In this document: positions 10,073 through 17,483 of the stretch, in pieces
How positions within the stretch are numbered: position 1 is the stretch's first letter
Layout of the letters: each line of letters begins with the position of its first letter
IMG/VR virus record: IMGVR_UViG_3300045988_154040
Reading direction: 5' to 3' (one strand)
From: a virus
Length of the DNA stretch: 64,000 nucleotides
Made by a program: the position numbers and the translations under genes
Notes under the pieces: model-generated
What the model saw: only the letters and a program-made list of their open reading frames with translations
Databases searched by the model: none
Told to the model about the DNA's origin: nothing

Positions 10073-11878
10073 TTATCCAAATACATCCTCCCAAGTTAAA
10101 GGCTTACTATCTTCTTCTTTTATTTCATAATTTATTTCCATTATTTCTATAACCGCCTGTAAAGTAATTCTTCCATGCCACTCATTTGTAGTAAGATTAC
10201 AAATAGTATTTAATACTAAGTCTTTATCTTCATTTAAGAATAATTCTGCTTTTTCATCTTCTGTAACTTTAAACTTGATAAATTCTATACCATCTTTTTT
10301 AAACTTAATAGTATTTTTATCTTTACCCATAGTTTGTATATCTTTAGAATTAATACAAATAGAATCTATATTAAATACAGGTTTTACAAATTTATTATTC
10401 CATAAAAAATCCCATTCATCAGCAAATCCAAATAAAGATTTAGGTATATCATCCATAGAAAGCATATAAGTTTTAACAACAGGAATCTTAAATTTCTCTT
10501 GATTAATACATTCTTTTTGAAAATATTCTTTTATATTTTCTAATTTATCTTTTTGAAAAATAACTCCATGGGCCGCTTCATGTCCAGAAGCCAATTCAAA
10601 TAAACCGCTCTTTTGACATAATTCTAAAGTATTTATATCCGCTCTACAAGAACCAGTATATTTATTTATATCTTTAGATTCATGAATAACAAATATACTA
10701 CATTCATATTCTCTTTTGAGTTTATTAGCTATAAGACCTGTATACGAAAATGAATCAGGGTCAGTAAGAGTCATAATTCCTAACACTGGGATATCGCTAC
10801 AACTTCGTACAAGACAAATCTGACCGTTTTGAAGGGTTTTATCGACCATTTTATCCTGGTAAGCTTTTTCGTCCTTTAAACGCTCTAATAACGGCTCATA
10901 TTCCTCTATAGAATTATAAGGAACAAATGTTTCAATATAAATTTCACCAGATTCTATTCTTTTATATACATAGCCAACAAAAGCATAAAATAATTCTTTT
11001 TTTAATTGTTGATTATTTCCTCTGCAAACAGCATTGAGATAGGGGCAAATATTAAATCCAAATGTATATTGATTAAGAATTATTTCTCCATCATCATCTT
11101 TTTTCCATATCATATTTTCTGCAAGATAATTTAGAAAAGGGTTATTTATTTTATTGGTTCCAAATAAAAAGAAATCCCTATTTTCTTGGCTGGTCATATC
11201 ACAATTATCAGACACTAAACTTAGTGCCACTAAATCTGCATATTTAGCACTACATTTCATGTTTTCTTTTTCATCAATATACTTAAGAAATTTAGCTACT
11301 ACTCCGGTTCCGCTTAATGCTTTATTTTTTACCCATCCTTTTTGATTGCTAATGATTACAGTTTTATAATTGCTTTTATATTCCTGCATATATTTGGGAC
11401 GTGGCTCAATTACATGATGGTCAATAATAAGAACATCAATATTCAAGAAATTTAAATCCATATGTTGTACATAATCATTACTTCCTGCATCTGGAACTAT
11501 CAATAAAGATATTTGATTTTCTATAGCCCAAGAAATTGCATTTTCTGTAATTCCATGTTTTTTATCAGAATGAAAATAAATCTTTAATCGTTTTTGTTCT
11601 TCATCAGGTAATAAATCTAAAAGATATTTATACAAACAAGCACATGAACAAATTCCGTCCACATCACAATCTTGTATAAAACCTATGTTACCTTCCTTGT
11701 TTAAAGTATTAATAATAAGATTGTATCCTTCTTCCATTCCATCATAAACATTTGGAGATTCTACATATTTGAAAGTAGGATAAAGATATTCTTGTATATC
11801 TTTTATTCCATATACTTTTAAATATTGTTCAATCCATTTACTGATATCTAAATCAGGCACAAGTTCTTTTACTTCCAT
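10073..11878 (-). CDS. RecJ-like DHH-family single-strand DNA exonuclease
   Basis: DHH motifs DCDVDG, VPDAGSND and LIIDHHV. Start was moved to the ATG at 11878, preceded by GAGGAAA. Confidence 0.75.
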   Translation of the reverse strand: MEVKELVPDLDISKWIEQYLKVYGIKDIQEYLYPTFKYVESPNVYDGMEEGYNLIINTLNKEGNIGFIQDCDVDGICSCACLYKYLLDLLPDEEQKRLKIYFHSDKKHGITENAISWAIENQISLLIVPDAGSNDYVQHMDLNFLNIDVLIIDHHVIEPRPKYMQEYKSNYKTVIISNQKGWVKNKALSGTGVVAKFLKYIDEKENMKCSAKYADLVALSLVSDNCDMTSQENRDFFLFGTNKINNPFLNYLAENMIWKKDDDGEIILNQYTFGFNICPYLNAVCRGNNQQLKKELFYAFVGYVYKRIESGEIYIETFVPYNSIEEYEPLLERLKDEKAYQDKMVDKTLQNGQICLVRSCSDIPVLGIMTLTDPDSFSYTGLIANKLKREYECSIFVIHESKDINKYTGSCRADINTLELCQKSGLFELASGHEAAHGVIFQKDKLENIKEYFQKECINQEKFKIPVVKTYMLSMDDIPKSLFGFADEWDFLWNNKFVKPVFNIDSICINSKDIQTMGKDKNTIKFKKDGIEFIKFKVTEDEKAELFLNEDKDLVLNTICNLTTNEWHGRITLQAVIEIMEINYEIKEEDSKPLTWEDVFG

Positions 11879-11899
11879 TATTTTCCTCACTATATGACG

Positions 11900-11927
11900 A
11901 AAGGTACTCTGTGGTTAGAGTACCTTT
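11900..11927 (-). other. 11-bp perfect stem-loop between the SSB-like and recJ-like genes
   Basis: AAAGGTACTCT (11900-11910), loop GTGGTT, AGAGTACCTTT (11917-11927). There is no clear U-tract on either strand. Confidence 0.45.
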
Positions 11928-11952
11928 CTTATATCTGGTTACAACTTGGTAT

Positions 11953-12741
11953 TTACAGGTTAAAGCCGTCTGAATCGGTAGCCACGGTAACTTCTGCCTC
12001 TCCTACTTCTACATCCCCTATAACCTCGCTTAACGTGTTGATTGAAAGCTCATAAGCTACACGAGTTTCAAACTGGCGGTCATTGTTTACTTTCTTTTCA
12101 TTGCTGTCAGGCTGAACAAAAATTTCTTTGCGGTATTCCCGGCTCTGCATACGGCCCTTAACTGCAATCTTATCACTTACCTTTAAATAAGATGCATGGT
12201 CAGCTTCTTTGTTCCAGGCGATACAGGGAATATAGTAAGAAGTCTTAAGAGCCTTGTTATTGATTGCCAAAAGAATGTCAGTAATTCGACTTGGCTTTTT
12301 AATAATATTTCCTTTTTCATCAGTTTTTCCCGGTGTTGTACGATAGTTTACTTCTTTGCAAATATAGCCTCTTAAGCTAATCTCATTCACATGCTTAGTA
12401 TCTTTTGCCATTAAAGTTAAAGTCTTAACCTTGATGAAGATACGAAGCTTAATGCGCTCAGGAAGTCTTTCGTTAAAAGAAGATAATCTTCCTTTAATTT
12501 CCACTACAGCTCCTACAGGATTCTTAACAGTTTTCTTAAATTCTTTTACAACTTCCTTTGGAACCATAATGGGGAGAATATCTTCAACTCCACTATCTCG
12601 TCTTACCGCAATAACGGAACTGTACATTTTCATTCCTCTGCAAATATGATTGAAAGTAAAATCTTCTTTCAATTCTCCGATTAAATGAGCTACGTTGTTG
12701 GATGGAATTGTGGAAACTGTCTTGTTTTTGTTTGTGTTCAT
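11953..12741 (-). CDS. OB-fold single-stranded DNA-binding-like protein
   Basis: 262 aa. The C-terminal OB signature YIPCIAWNKEADHASYLKVSDKIAVKGRMQSREYRKE resembles the SSB pattern W..v.wg..A.....G..v.v.G.lq.r.y. Confidence 0.5.
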   Translation of the reverse strand: MNTNKNKTVSTIPSNNVAHLIGELKEDFTFNHICRGMKMYSSVIAVRRDSGVEDILPIMVPKEVVKEFKKTVKNPVGAVVEIKGRLSSFNERLPERIKLRIFIKVKTLTLMAKDTKHVNEISLRGYICKEVNYRTTPGKTDEKGNIIKKPSRITDILLAINNKALKTSYYIPCIAWNKEADHASYLKVSDKIAVKGRMQSREYRKEIFVQPDSNEKKVNNDRQFETRVAYELSINTLSEVIGDVEVGEAEVTVATDSDGFNL

Positions 12742-12781
12742 TTTTAAATCTCCTTTAGTTTTTTATTTTTAAAATTTATTT

Positions 12782-12970
12782 TTAAAACGATTCTTCAATC
12801 GTATTAAAAGCATCATCTGGATTTTCTTTATTATATTCTTCTAATGCTTTTTTACAATTCATTCCTTCGCAAGAAGGAGTGGGATATCCAGGCATTGGGC
12901 TTAACCCATATTCTGTACACTCACAATATTCACAAATTGGTGAAGGGTAATTATATTTCATTATATCCAT
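12782..12970 (-). CDS. small Cys-rich hypothetical protein
   Basis: 62 aa with CEYCEC...C..C. Tightly packed in the operon. Confidence 0.4.
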   Translation of the reverse strand: MDIMKYNYPSPICEYCECTEYGLSPMPGYPTPSCEGMNCKKALEEYNKENPDDAFNTIEESF

Positions 12971-13158
12971 CCTTTACTTTTCCAGCTTACATATAAATCA
13001 TAAGCTGAAATAGAATCGTTAAGTTTCAAAGTGTATTTTTCTGTTTTGTTCTGAATTCTTCCTTCATTATTTAAGATAACAATTTTATTGTTCTTAAAAA
13101 ATGGATATCCATAATAATCAAAAGTTTTCTTAACTGTACAATCAATTCTCTCAATCAT
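12961..13158 (-). CDS. hypothetical protein
   Basis: 65 aa. Overlaps both neighbours by a few nt (translational coupling pattern). Confidence 0.4.
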   Translation of the reverse strand: MIERIDCTVKKTFDYYGYPFFKNNKIVILNNEGRIQNKTEKYTLKLNDSISAYDLYVSWKSKGWI

Positions 13159-13843
13159 CTTCTTCTCCTTTATGGTCTTTAGGCTCCATAGTTAAATTAC
13201 AATCTTTACATAATATATTCAATCCTAATGGCCCTCTAACCGCTTCACCGCAACCAGGACATGTATATTTGGTCGTTTTTTTGCTAGGGTCTTTTGCAGA
13301 TGGAATTTTCACTGAAATTTTTCTAAAGAAATTAAAAAGTTCTTTTTTAACTTTTATACTTTCCACGAAACTTATAAATTCTTCTGTAGGTTCTGTTACT
13401 GACCAACCAATAGTAGGTGCTCTGTCAATATACAATCCTCTTAATTCAGCTTCCCTTTTAAATCTTTTGTTATGATAAACATTCCCATTTGATGTATCTT
13501 TAATATCATTTACATGACAATAAAGATGAATCATCTCATGTTGTAGTGTAGCGCATAAATGATAAATATTACGTTTTAAATGTTCTGCCGCAATATTTAT
13601 TTCATGATACTTTATTACTTCACCTTCGTTTTTAGCTACTTCTATTTCCTTATCAGGAATAATTTCATTTTCTTCCGCTTTATTTTTCCATCTATTACTA
13701 GAAAAATGTCCATATGCTTTAACCGAAGATTGAATAGTAATTACAACTCTTGGTAATTTGCTATCAAAATATTTTTCATTTAAAGCATCAAATATTCTGT
13801 ATAATTCATTAGTTGCGTTTAATATAAATCCTGCATCAGACAT
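13151..13843 (-). CDS. SprT-like zinc metalloprotease with C-terminal zinc ribbon
   Basis: HEMIHLYCH (HExxH) in SprT-like context (NKRFKREAELRGL). C-terminal CPGC...CKDC. Confidence 0.7.
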   Translation of the reverse strand: MSDAGFILNATNELYRIFDALNEKYFDSKLPRVVITIQSSVKAYGHFSSNRWKNKAEENEIIPDKEIEVAKNEGEVIKYHEINIAAEHLKRNIYHLCATLQHEMIHLYCHVNDIKDTSNGNVYHNKRFKREAELRGLYIDRAPTIGWSVTEPTEEFISFVESIKVKKELFNFFRKISVKIPSAKDPSKKTTKYTCPGCGEAVRGPLGLNILCKDCNLTMEPKDHKGEEDD

Positions 13844-13868
13844 AACATAGTTTCCTTTCTTTTTCTAT

Positions 13869-13897
13869 ATTATATCATACTTATTCTTTTAAGTCAA
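13869..13897 (-). promoter_or_regulatory. sigmaA-type promoter (TTGACT-17-TGATATAAT)
   Basis: Minus strand reads TTGACT (13897-13892), a 17-nt spacer ending in TGA, then TATAAT (13874-13869). Confidence 0.6.
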
Positions 13898-13936
13898 CAA
13901 AAATTTTCCCAATATTTATATTTTTTTCTATTATTT

Positions 13937-14053
13937 TTATAATGTTTTATTAATTTTTGTACGTCTTTTTCTCTTTTTTTCTTTTTCTATTCCGATTTCT
14001 TCATTGTTTTCTTCCTCTTCCCTTTCTAATTCTTTTGGTATAAATACTGCCAT
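13937..14053 (-). CDS. 38-aa highly charged hypothetical protein
   Basis: ATG at 14053 with AAAGGAGA upstream. Translation MAVFIPKELEREEEENNEEIGIEKEKKRKRRTKINKTL. Below the ORF-track size cutoff. Confidence 0.4.
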   Translation of the reverse strand: MAVFIPKELEREEEENNEEIGIEKEKKRKRRTKINKTL

Positions 14054-14065
14054 AATTTTTCTCCT

Positions 14066-14221
14066 TTACATAAAACAAATAGTGGCTCTAGCAATTTTTA
14101 AACAAAGAATATGAAAAATTTCTTTTAACTCTTTTATGTTAAGAGTATTTAATTGCTGATGATTAGTAGGATAAAATAATTCTAATTCTTTTATCTTTTT
14201 GATATATTCTTCTTTTGTCAT
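14066..14221 (-). CDS. 51-aa hypothetical protein
   Basis: ATG at 14221, weak SD. Fills an otherwise empty gap in a tightly packed operon. Confidence 0.3.
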   Translation of the reverse strand: MTKEEYIKKIKELELFYPTNHQQLNTLNIKELKEIFHILCLKIARATICFM

Positions 14222-14227
14222 TTTCTT

Positions 14228-14377
14228 TTATTCAACAATTTTATAATTGTTTTCAAACTCCTTTTTTCTTATCATGTGTACGATTCCTTCTTCATCTTCC
14301 ACTATATAGTCTCCTACATAAATAATTTCATTAATACGCATAAAACTATCTACATACTTGAAACTATTCTTTATCAT
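14228..14377 (-). CDS. 49-aa hypothetical protein
   Basis: ATG at 14377, no clear SD. Translation MIKNSFKYVDSFMRINEIIYVGDYIVEDEEGIVHMIRKKEFENNYKIVE. Confidence 0.25.
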   Translation of the reverse strand: MIKNSFKYVDSFMRINEIIYVGDYIVEDEEGIVHMIRKKEFENNYKIVE

Positions 14378-14491
14378 GAAAGTGTTACCAACAAAATATA
14401 ACACTTTACGTTTAAAAGCGTTTATAAAAAATTAGGCCGTTTTACTTCTACTGGAATATACATTCCTGTATACTGAAACACTTTATCTTTT

Positions 14492-14773
14492 TTAATCTCT
14501 TTCATTTTCATCTTTTCCTTTCTTAAAAAATTTTTTATATAAATATACAACTATATCACATATCTTGAATGTTATTATACTTACTAATAACAATGGAGAA
14601 ATAATAATAAGAGTTAAAGCTTCTGCTAAATATCTAGCCCTACTTACTCCTTCTCTTGTAAAAAATATTGGCATTAAAGCATCAATAATTTTTATCTCTA
14701 ATATATCTTTTAAATTAATTACTTCTTTCTTTATCCTTACAGTATCTTTTAAATTCTTCACTTTCTCTTTCAT
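14492..14773 (-). CDS. small membrane protein (hypothetical)
   Basis: 93 aa with one hydrophobic span (LTLIIISPLLLVSIITF). Its 5' end overlaps the primase 3' end, so the true start may be internal. Confidence 0.35.
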   Translation of the reverse strand: MKEKVKNLKDTVRIKKEVINLKDILEIKIIDALMPIFFTREGVSRARYLAEALTLIIISPLLLVSIITFKICDIVVYLYKKFFKKGKDENERD

Positions 14774-15908
14774 CTATACACTCCTTGTTTTTATATAGTA
14801 AATTCCAAATTTCCTCACCCTTATCCGATGGAGAATCTTTATAATCAAGTAAGGGAAAATCATCGTCTGCATCGTATATTACATTTACTTCTGCAAATCC
14901 TTTAAATTTATCAGCTATAGCTAATACTTTCTTTTTCCATAAAATAAATTTTTCTGTAAGCTCTCCATTTTCATCATATATAGTTTCATACTGTTTATCT
15001 AAAGCTATATTAACTTTATTCACTCCTAATTTTAATAACATATCTCTACGTTTGTTCTGTAAATTCATTCCAAACATTCCAACAGTATTATTAAGAAACA
15101 ATATATCATTCATCTGCATTACGCTTTTTGGAGCTTCAAATAAAGTAACTTCTCCTGTATACTCAATATTTGATTTAGTTAGATTTAATCCGTAAAGCAC
15201 ATTAGATGTATTAAAACGAAACTCTGTTCCATGGTTTCCTTTTTCATCAACTCCATTTACTAATTTTACAGGAAGATATTTATATCCTGCTTCAATTAAT
15301 TCTGGAATTAAGTTTCTTCCATGTAATCCTATAAGATTTCCATTTTCATCAAATACGGGAATTACTATTTGTTGCGCATAAGGATAAAAACATATTCCAA
15401 ACATTTCCATTGTTGGGATACTAATTCCATCATCTATAAAAGATTGATGATATATTTTTGGAAAAAAATCTAATATATTTTTATCATAAATTGGCAATAA
15501 AGATTCACCATTTTTTATTCTAATATATCTTCCTAAATCTTCTTCCCAATCATATATTTTAGTAGTTTGTTTATGAATACGTTCTATATTATCATAAGGA
15601 ATATGACATACATCACATACAAATTTTAAAGCATCAGGAAAGCTATACGTTTCTCCTAAAATTCTTTTTCTTTTTTGTACTAGGCTATAAGCCGTATAAG
15701 ATACACTACAATGATAACATAAAAAGAATTTTTTGTTTTTATAAAAATAAAGTTTATTCTTTAATCCATCTGGATTTTTTTCATGACAAATATTAGAAAA
15801 CAATATTTCTTTATCATTTTCATGGTCAATTGTCGCTCCTAATGCTAAAGCTATATCTCTATAATTATCTATAGTTAATTGTTTAGTTAATTTTTTAGCA
15901 TCAATCAT
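14715..15908 (-). CDS. DnaG-like DNA primase (zinc finger + TOPRIM)
   Basis: CHC2-type finger NICHEKN..FLCYHCS. TOPRIM-like VTLFEAPKSVMQ and IALDKQ / DADDD acidic motifs. Confidence 0.65.
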   Translation of the reverse strand: MIDAKKLTKQLTIDNYRDIALALGATIDHENDKEILFSNICHEKNPDGLKNKLYFYKNKKFFLCYHCSVSYTAYSLVQKRKRILGETYSFPDALKFVCDVCHIPYDNIERIHKQTTKIYDWEEDLGRYIRIKNGESLLPIYDKNILDFFPKIYHQSFIDDGISIPTMEMFGICFYPYAQQIVIPVFDENGNLIGLHGRNLIPELIEAGYKYLPVKLVNGVDEKGNHGTEFRFNTSNVLYGLNLTKSNIEYTGEVTLFEAPKSVMQMNDILFLNNTVGMFGMNLQNKRRDMLLKLGVNKVNIALDKQYETIYDENGELTEKFILWKKKVLAIADKFKGFAEVNVIYDADDDFPLLDYKDSPSDKGEEIWNLLYKNKECIDERESEEFKRYCKDKERSN

Positions 15909-15958
15909 TTATTCTGCTCTTTTCATCAAATACTTTTTTACTATAGTATTATATAAAT

Positions 15959-15987
15959 AATATACCATATTTAATATGTTTTGTCAA
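15959..15987 (-). promoter_or_regulatory. sigmaA-type promoter (TTGACA-17-TATATT)
   Basis: Minus strand reads TTGACA (15987-15982), a 17-nt spacer, then TATATT (15964-15959), upstream of the primase gene. Confidence 0.55.
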
Positions 15988-16021
15988 TTGTTTATTTTTT
16001 TATTCCTTCAATTCGTAAAAT

Positions 16022-16057
16022 AAAAAAATAAGCGTCCAACCGGGCGCTTATTTTTTT
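16022..16057. terminator. bidirectional intrinsic terminator
   Basis: Stem AAGCGTCC (16030-16037) / GGGCGCTT (16042-16049). A7 on the left and T7 on the right. Confidence 0.65.
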
Positions 16058-16266
16058 CAATTGTCAATATAGCTATTTGGGGAATGCACTACCATTCTAA
16101 AATTAAGATAGTTGAAATGATTTGTAATCACCCGGAATTATCGGATGAAAAAGTCAAAGCTATCACTGCTATAATGACACAAGAGCATAAATTTTTTTAA
16201 ATTTACTTTATAGAATATATTTACTATTTGACTTATATTGCCAAAGAAAAACTTATTACTGTTTAA

Positions 16267-16300
16267 AGAGCAACCACTGACCTGGTTGTTCTTTTTTGTT
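16267..16300 (+). terminator. plus-strand intrinsic terminator inside the minus-strand block
   Basis: 10-bp stem AGAGCAACCA (16267-16276) / TGGTTGTTCT (16283-16292) followed by TTTTTGTTTT. Confidence 0.6.
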
Positions 16301-16430
16301 TTAAATTTTACTTTGCGAATTGAAGTTTCTGTCTAATAATAAAGTTATTCAAGTTTTTAAAACAATCTTTAATCAAATCAATTATATTAAGAAGATTACC
16401 TATCAAGTTCCCGGCGCTGACACACCGGGT

Positions 16431-16712
16431 TTAATATTTAAGTTTTTCGTTAATAATTTTGGTCAACCGCTGATGTTCTTCTTTAATAATAATAATAGCT
16501 TCACTTAATTCATAAGTTTTTTTCTTAAGTTTACGTCTTGTAAGTTCTTCTACAGCCGCATGAATAGCCGCAGGAAGCGTACCATAATATCCCAAATCTC
16601 TCCATTTGACATATTCTCTAGTTTTCGTTTTGAGTTTAGTTCCTGTATCTTCTCTTAAGATATATTGACATGGGTCAACATCAATATATAAATTTTCATA
16701 AACATGAATCAT
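16431..16712 (-). CDS. hypothetical protein
   Basis: 93 aa, coding-like composition. A GC-rich hairpin CCCGG..CCGGG (16410-16429) lies at its 3' end. Confidence 0.45.
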   Translation of the reverse strand: MIHVYENLYIDVDPCQYILREDTGTKLKTKTREYVKWRDLGYYGTLPAAIHAAVEELTRRKLKKKTYELSEAIIIIKEEHQRLTKIINEKLKY

Positions 16713-16728
16713 TATTATTTCTCCTTTT

Positions 16729-17220
16729 TTATCTAATTAATAAGGAACTTGTTTTTCTTAAAGGCCCAACACCTTTAATTTTTTTTACTTTGGCATCAGC
16801 CAATAATTTTTTCCTATCTAATTTTAAAGTAGCAGGAACTTTTTCAAAATATTTTTTTGGCACGAGAGATTCATCCACTTCTCCTAACTGTTCTGCTCCA
16901 TTTTTTAAAGTGATAGTATAAATATCACCGCCGCATTTTTTTGTACCTGTAACTTCCATAGCTTCTTTAAGAGCTTTTTTTAAACGGTTCATAGCGTTTT
17001 CTACTGTTTTCTGCCTATCTTCCAATCTGACTTTTTCCTTTTTAATAGCTTCGATTTTACTTTCGTATTCCTTAATTACGTATACATATTTTTCTGCCTT
17101 ATCATCTAATTCGCCTCCCATTCCTTCTAAAGTATCTTTTAATACTTCTGAATCAGGTTCATCCTCCAACATAATCATAAGTTTGAGCATATCCCCCGTA
17201 ATTTCTCTTAAACTTCCCAT
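16729..17220 (-). CDS. Gp157-like coiled-coil protein (Sipho_Gp157 family-like)
   Basis: 163 aa. The N-terminal pattern ITGDMLKLMIMLEDEPDSEVLKDTLEGMGGELDDKAEKYVYVIKEYE plus a long coiled coil is typical of that family as I remember it. Confidence 0.45.
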   Translation of the reverse strand: MGSLREITGDMLKLMIMLEDEPDSEVLKDTLEGMGGELDDKAEKYVYVIKEYESKIEAIKKEKVRLEDRQKTVENAMNRLKKALKEAMEVTGTKKCGGDIYTITLKNGAEQLGEVDESLVPKKYFEKVPATLKLDRKKLLADAKVKKIKGVGPLRKTSSLLIR

Positions 17221-17237
17221 TCTTTATTCTCCTTTTT

Positions 17238-17483
17238 TTATTTATTTTTATTATACATTATTCCAAACAAGAATATATATATTCTAAAAAATCCACCCAT
17301 TTTTGAGTCATTTTCAGCAATATAACTATCAAACAAATTGCGCCCATTTTCACAAGTAGCCAATAATACTTCAACTTTGCCCCTAAAAATGATAAAAAAT
17401 CCTTTGCTAAGTTTAAGTTCTTCATTGTTCTTTTTTATTACTCCCTTCCTTAATTTCCATATATCAATCCATTTTTTATTCAT
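17238..17483 (-). CDS. hypothetical protein
   Basis: 81 aa. Overlaps the helicase stop by 8 nt. Confidence 0.35.
   Translation of the reverse strand: MNKKWIDIWKLRKGVIKKNNEELKLSKGFFIIFRGKVEVLLATCENGRNLFDSYIAENDSKMGGFFRIYIFLFGIMYNKNK

Noticed and set aside
4442-13475. Short plus-strand ORFs inside minus-strand genes (4442..4657, 8484..8687, 10275..10469, 11154..11345, 12431..12649, 13269..13475).
   Set aside because: They lie entirely antisense to long motif-bearing genes. They have no SD and a hydrophobic, low-complexity composition typical of AT-rich antisense frames.
16084-16200. 38-codon plus-strand ORF (MHYHSKIKIVEMICNHPELSDEKVKAITAIMTQEHKFF) upstream of the plus-strand terminator at 16267-16300.
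   Set aside because: No properly spaced SD and no recognisable promoter. It is kept only as a possible explanation for the plus-oriented terminator.
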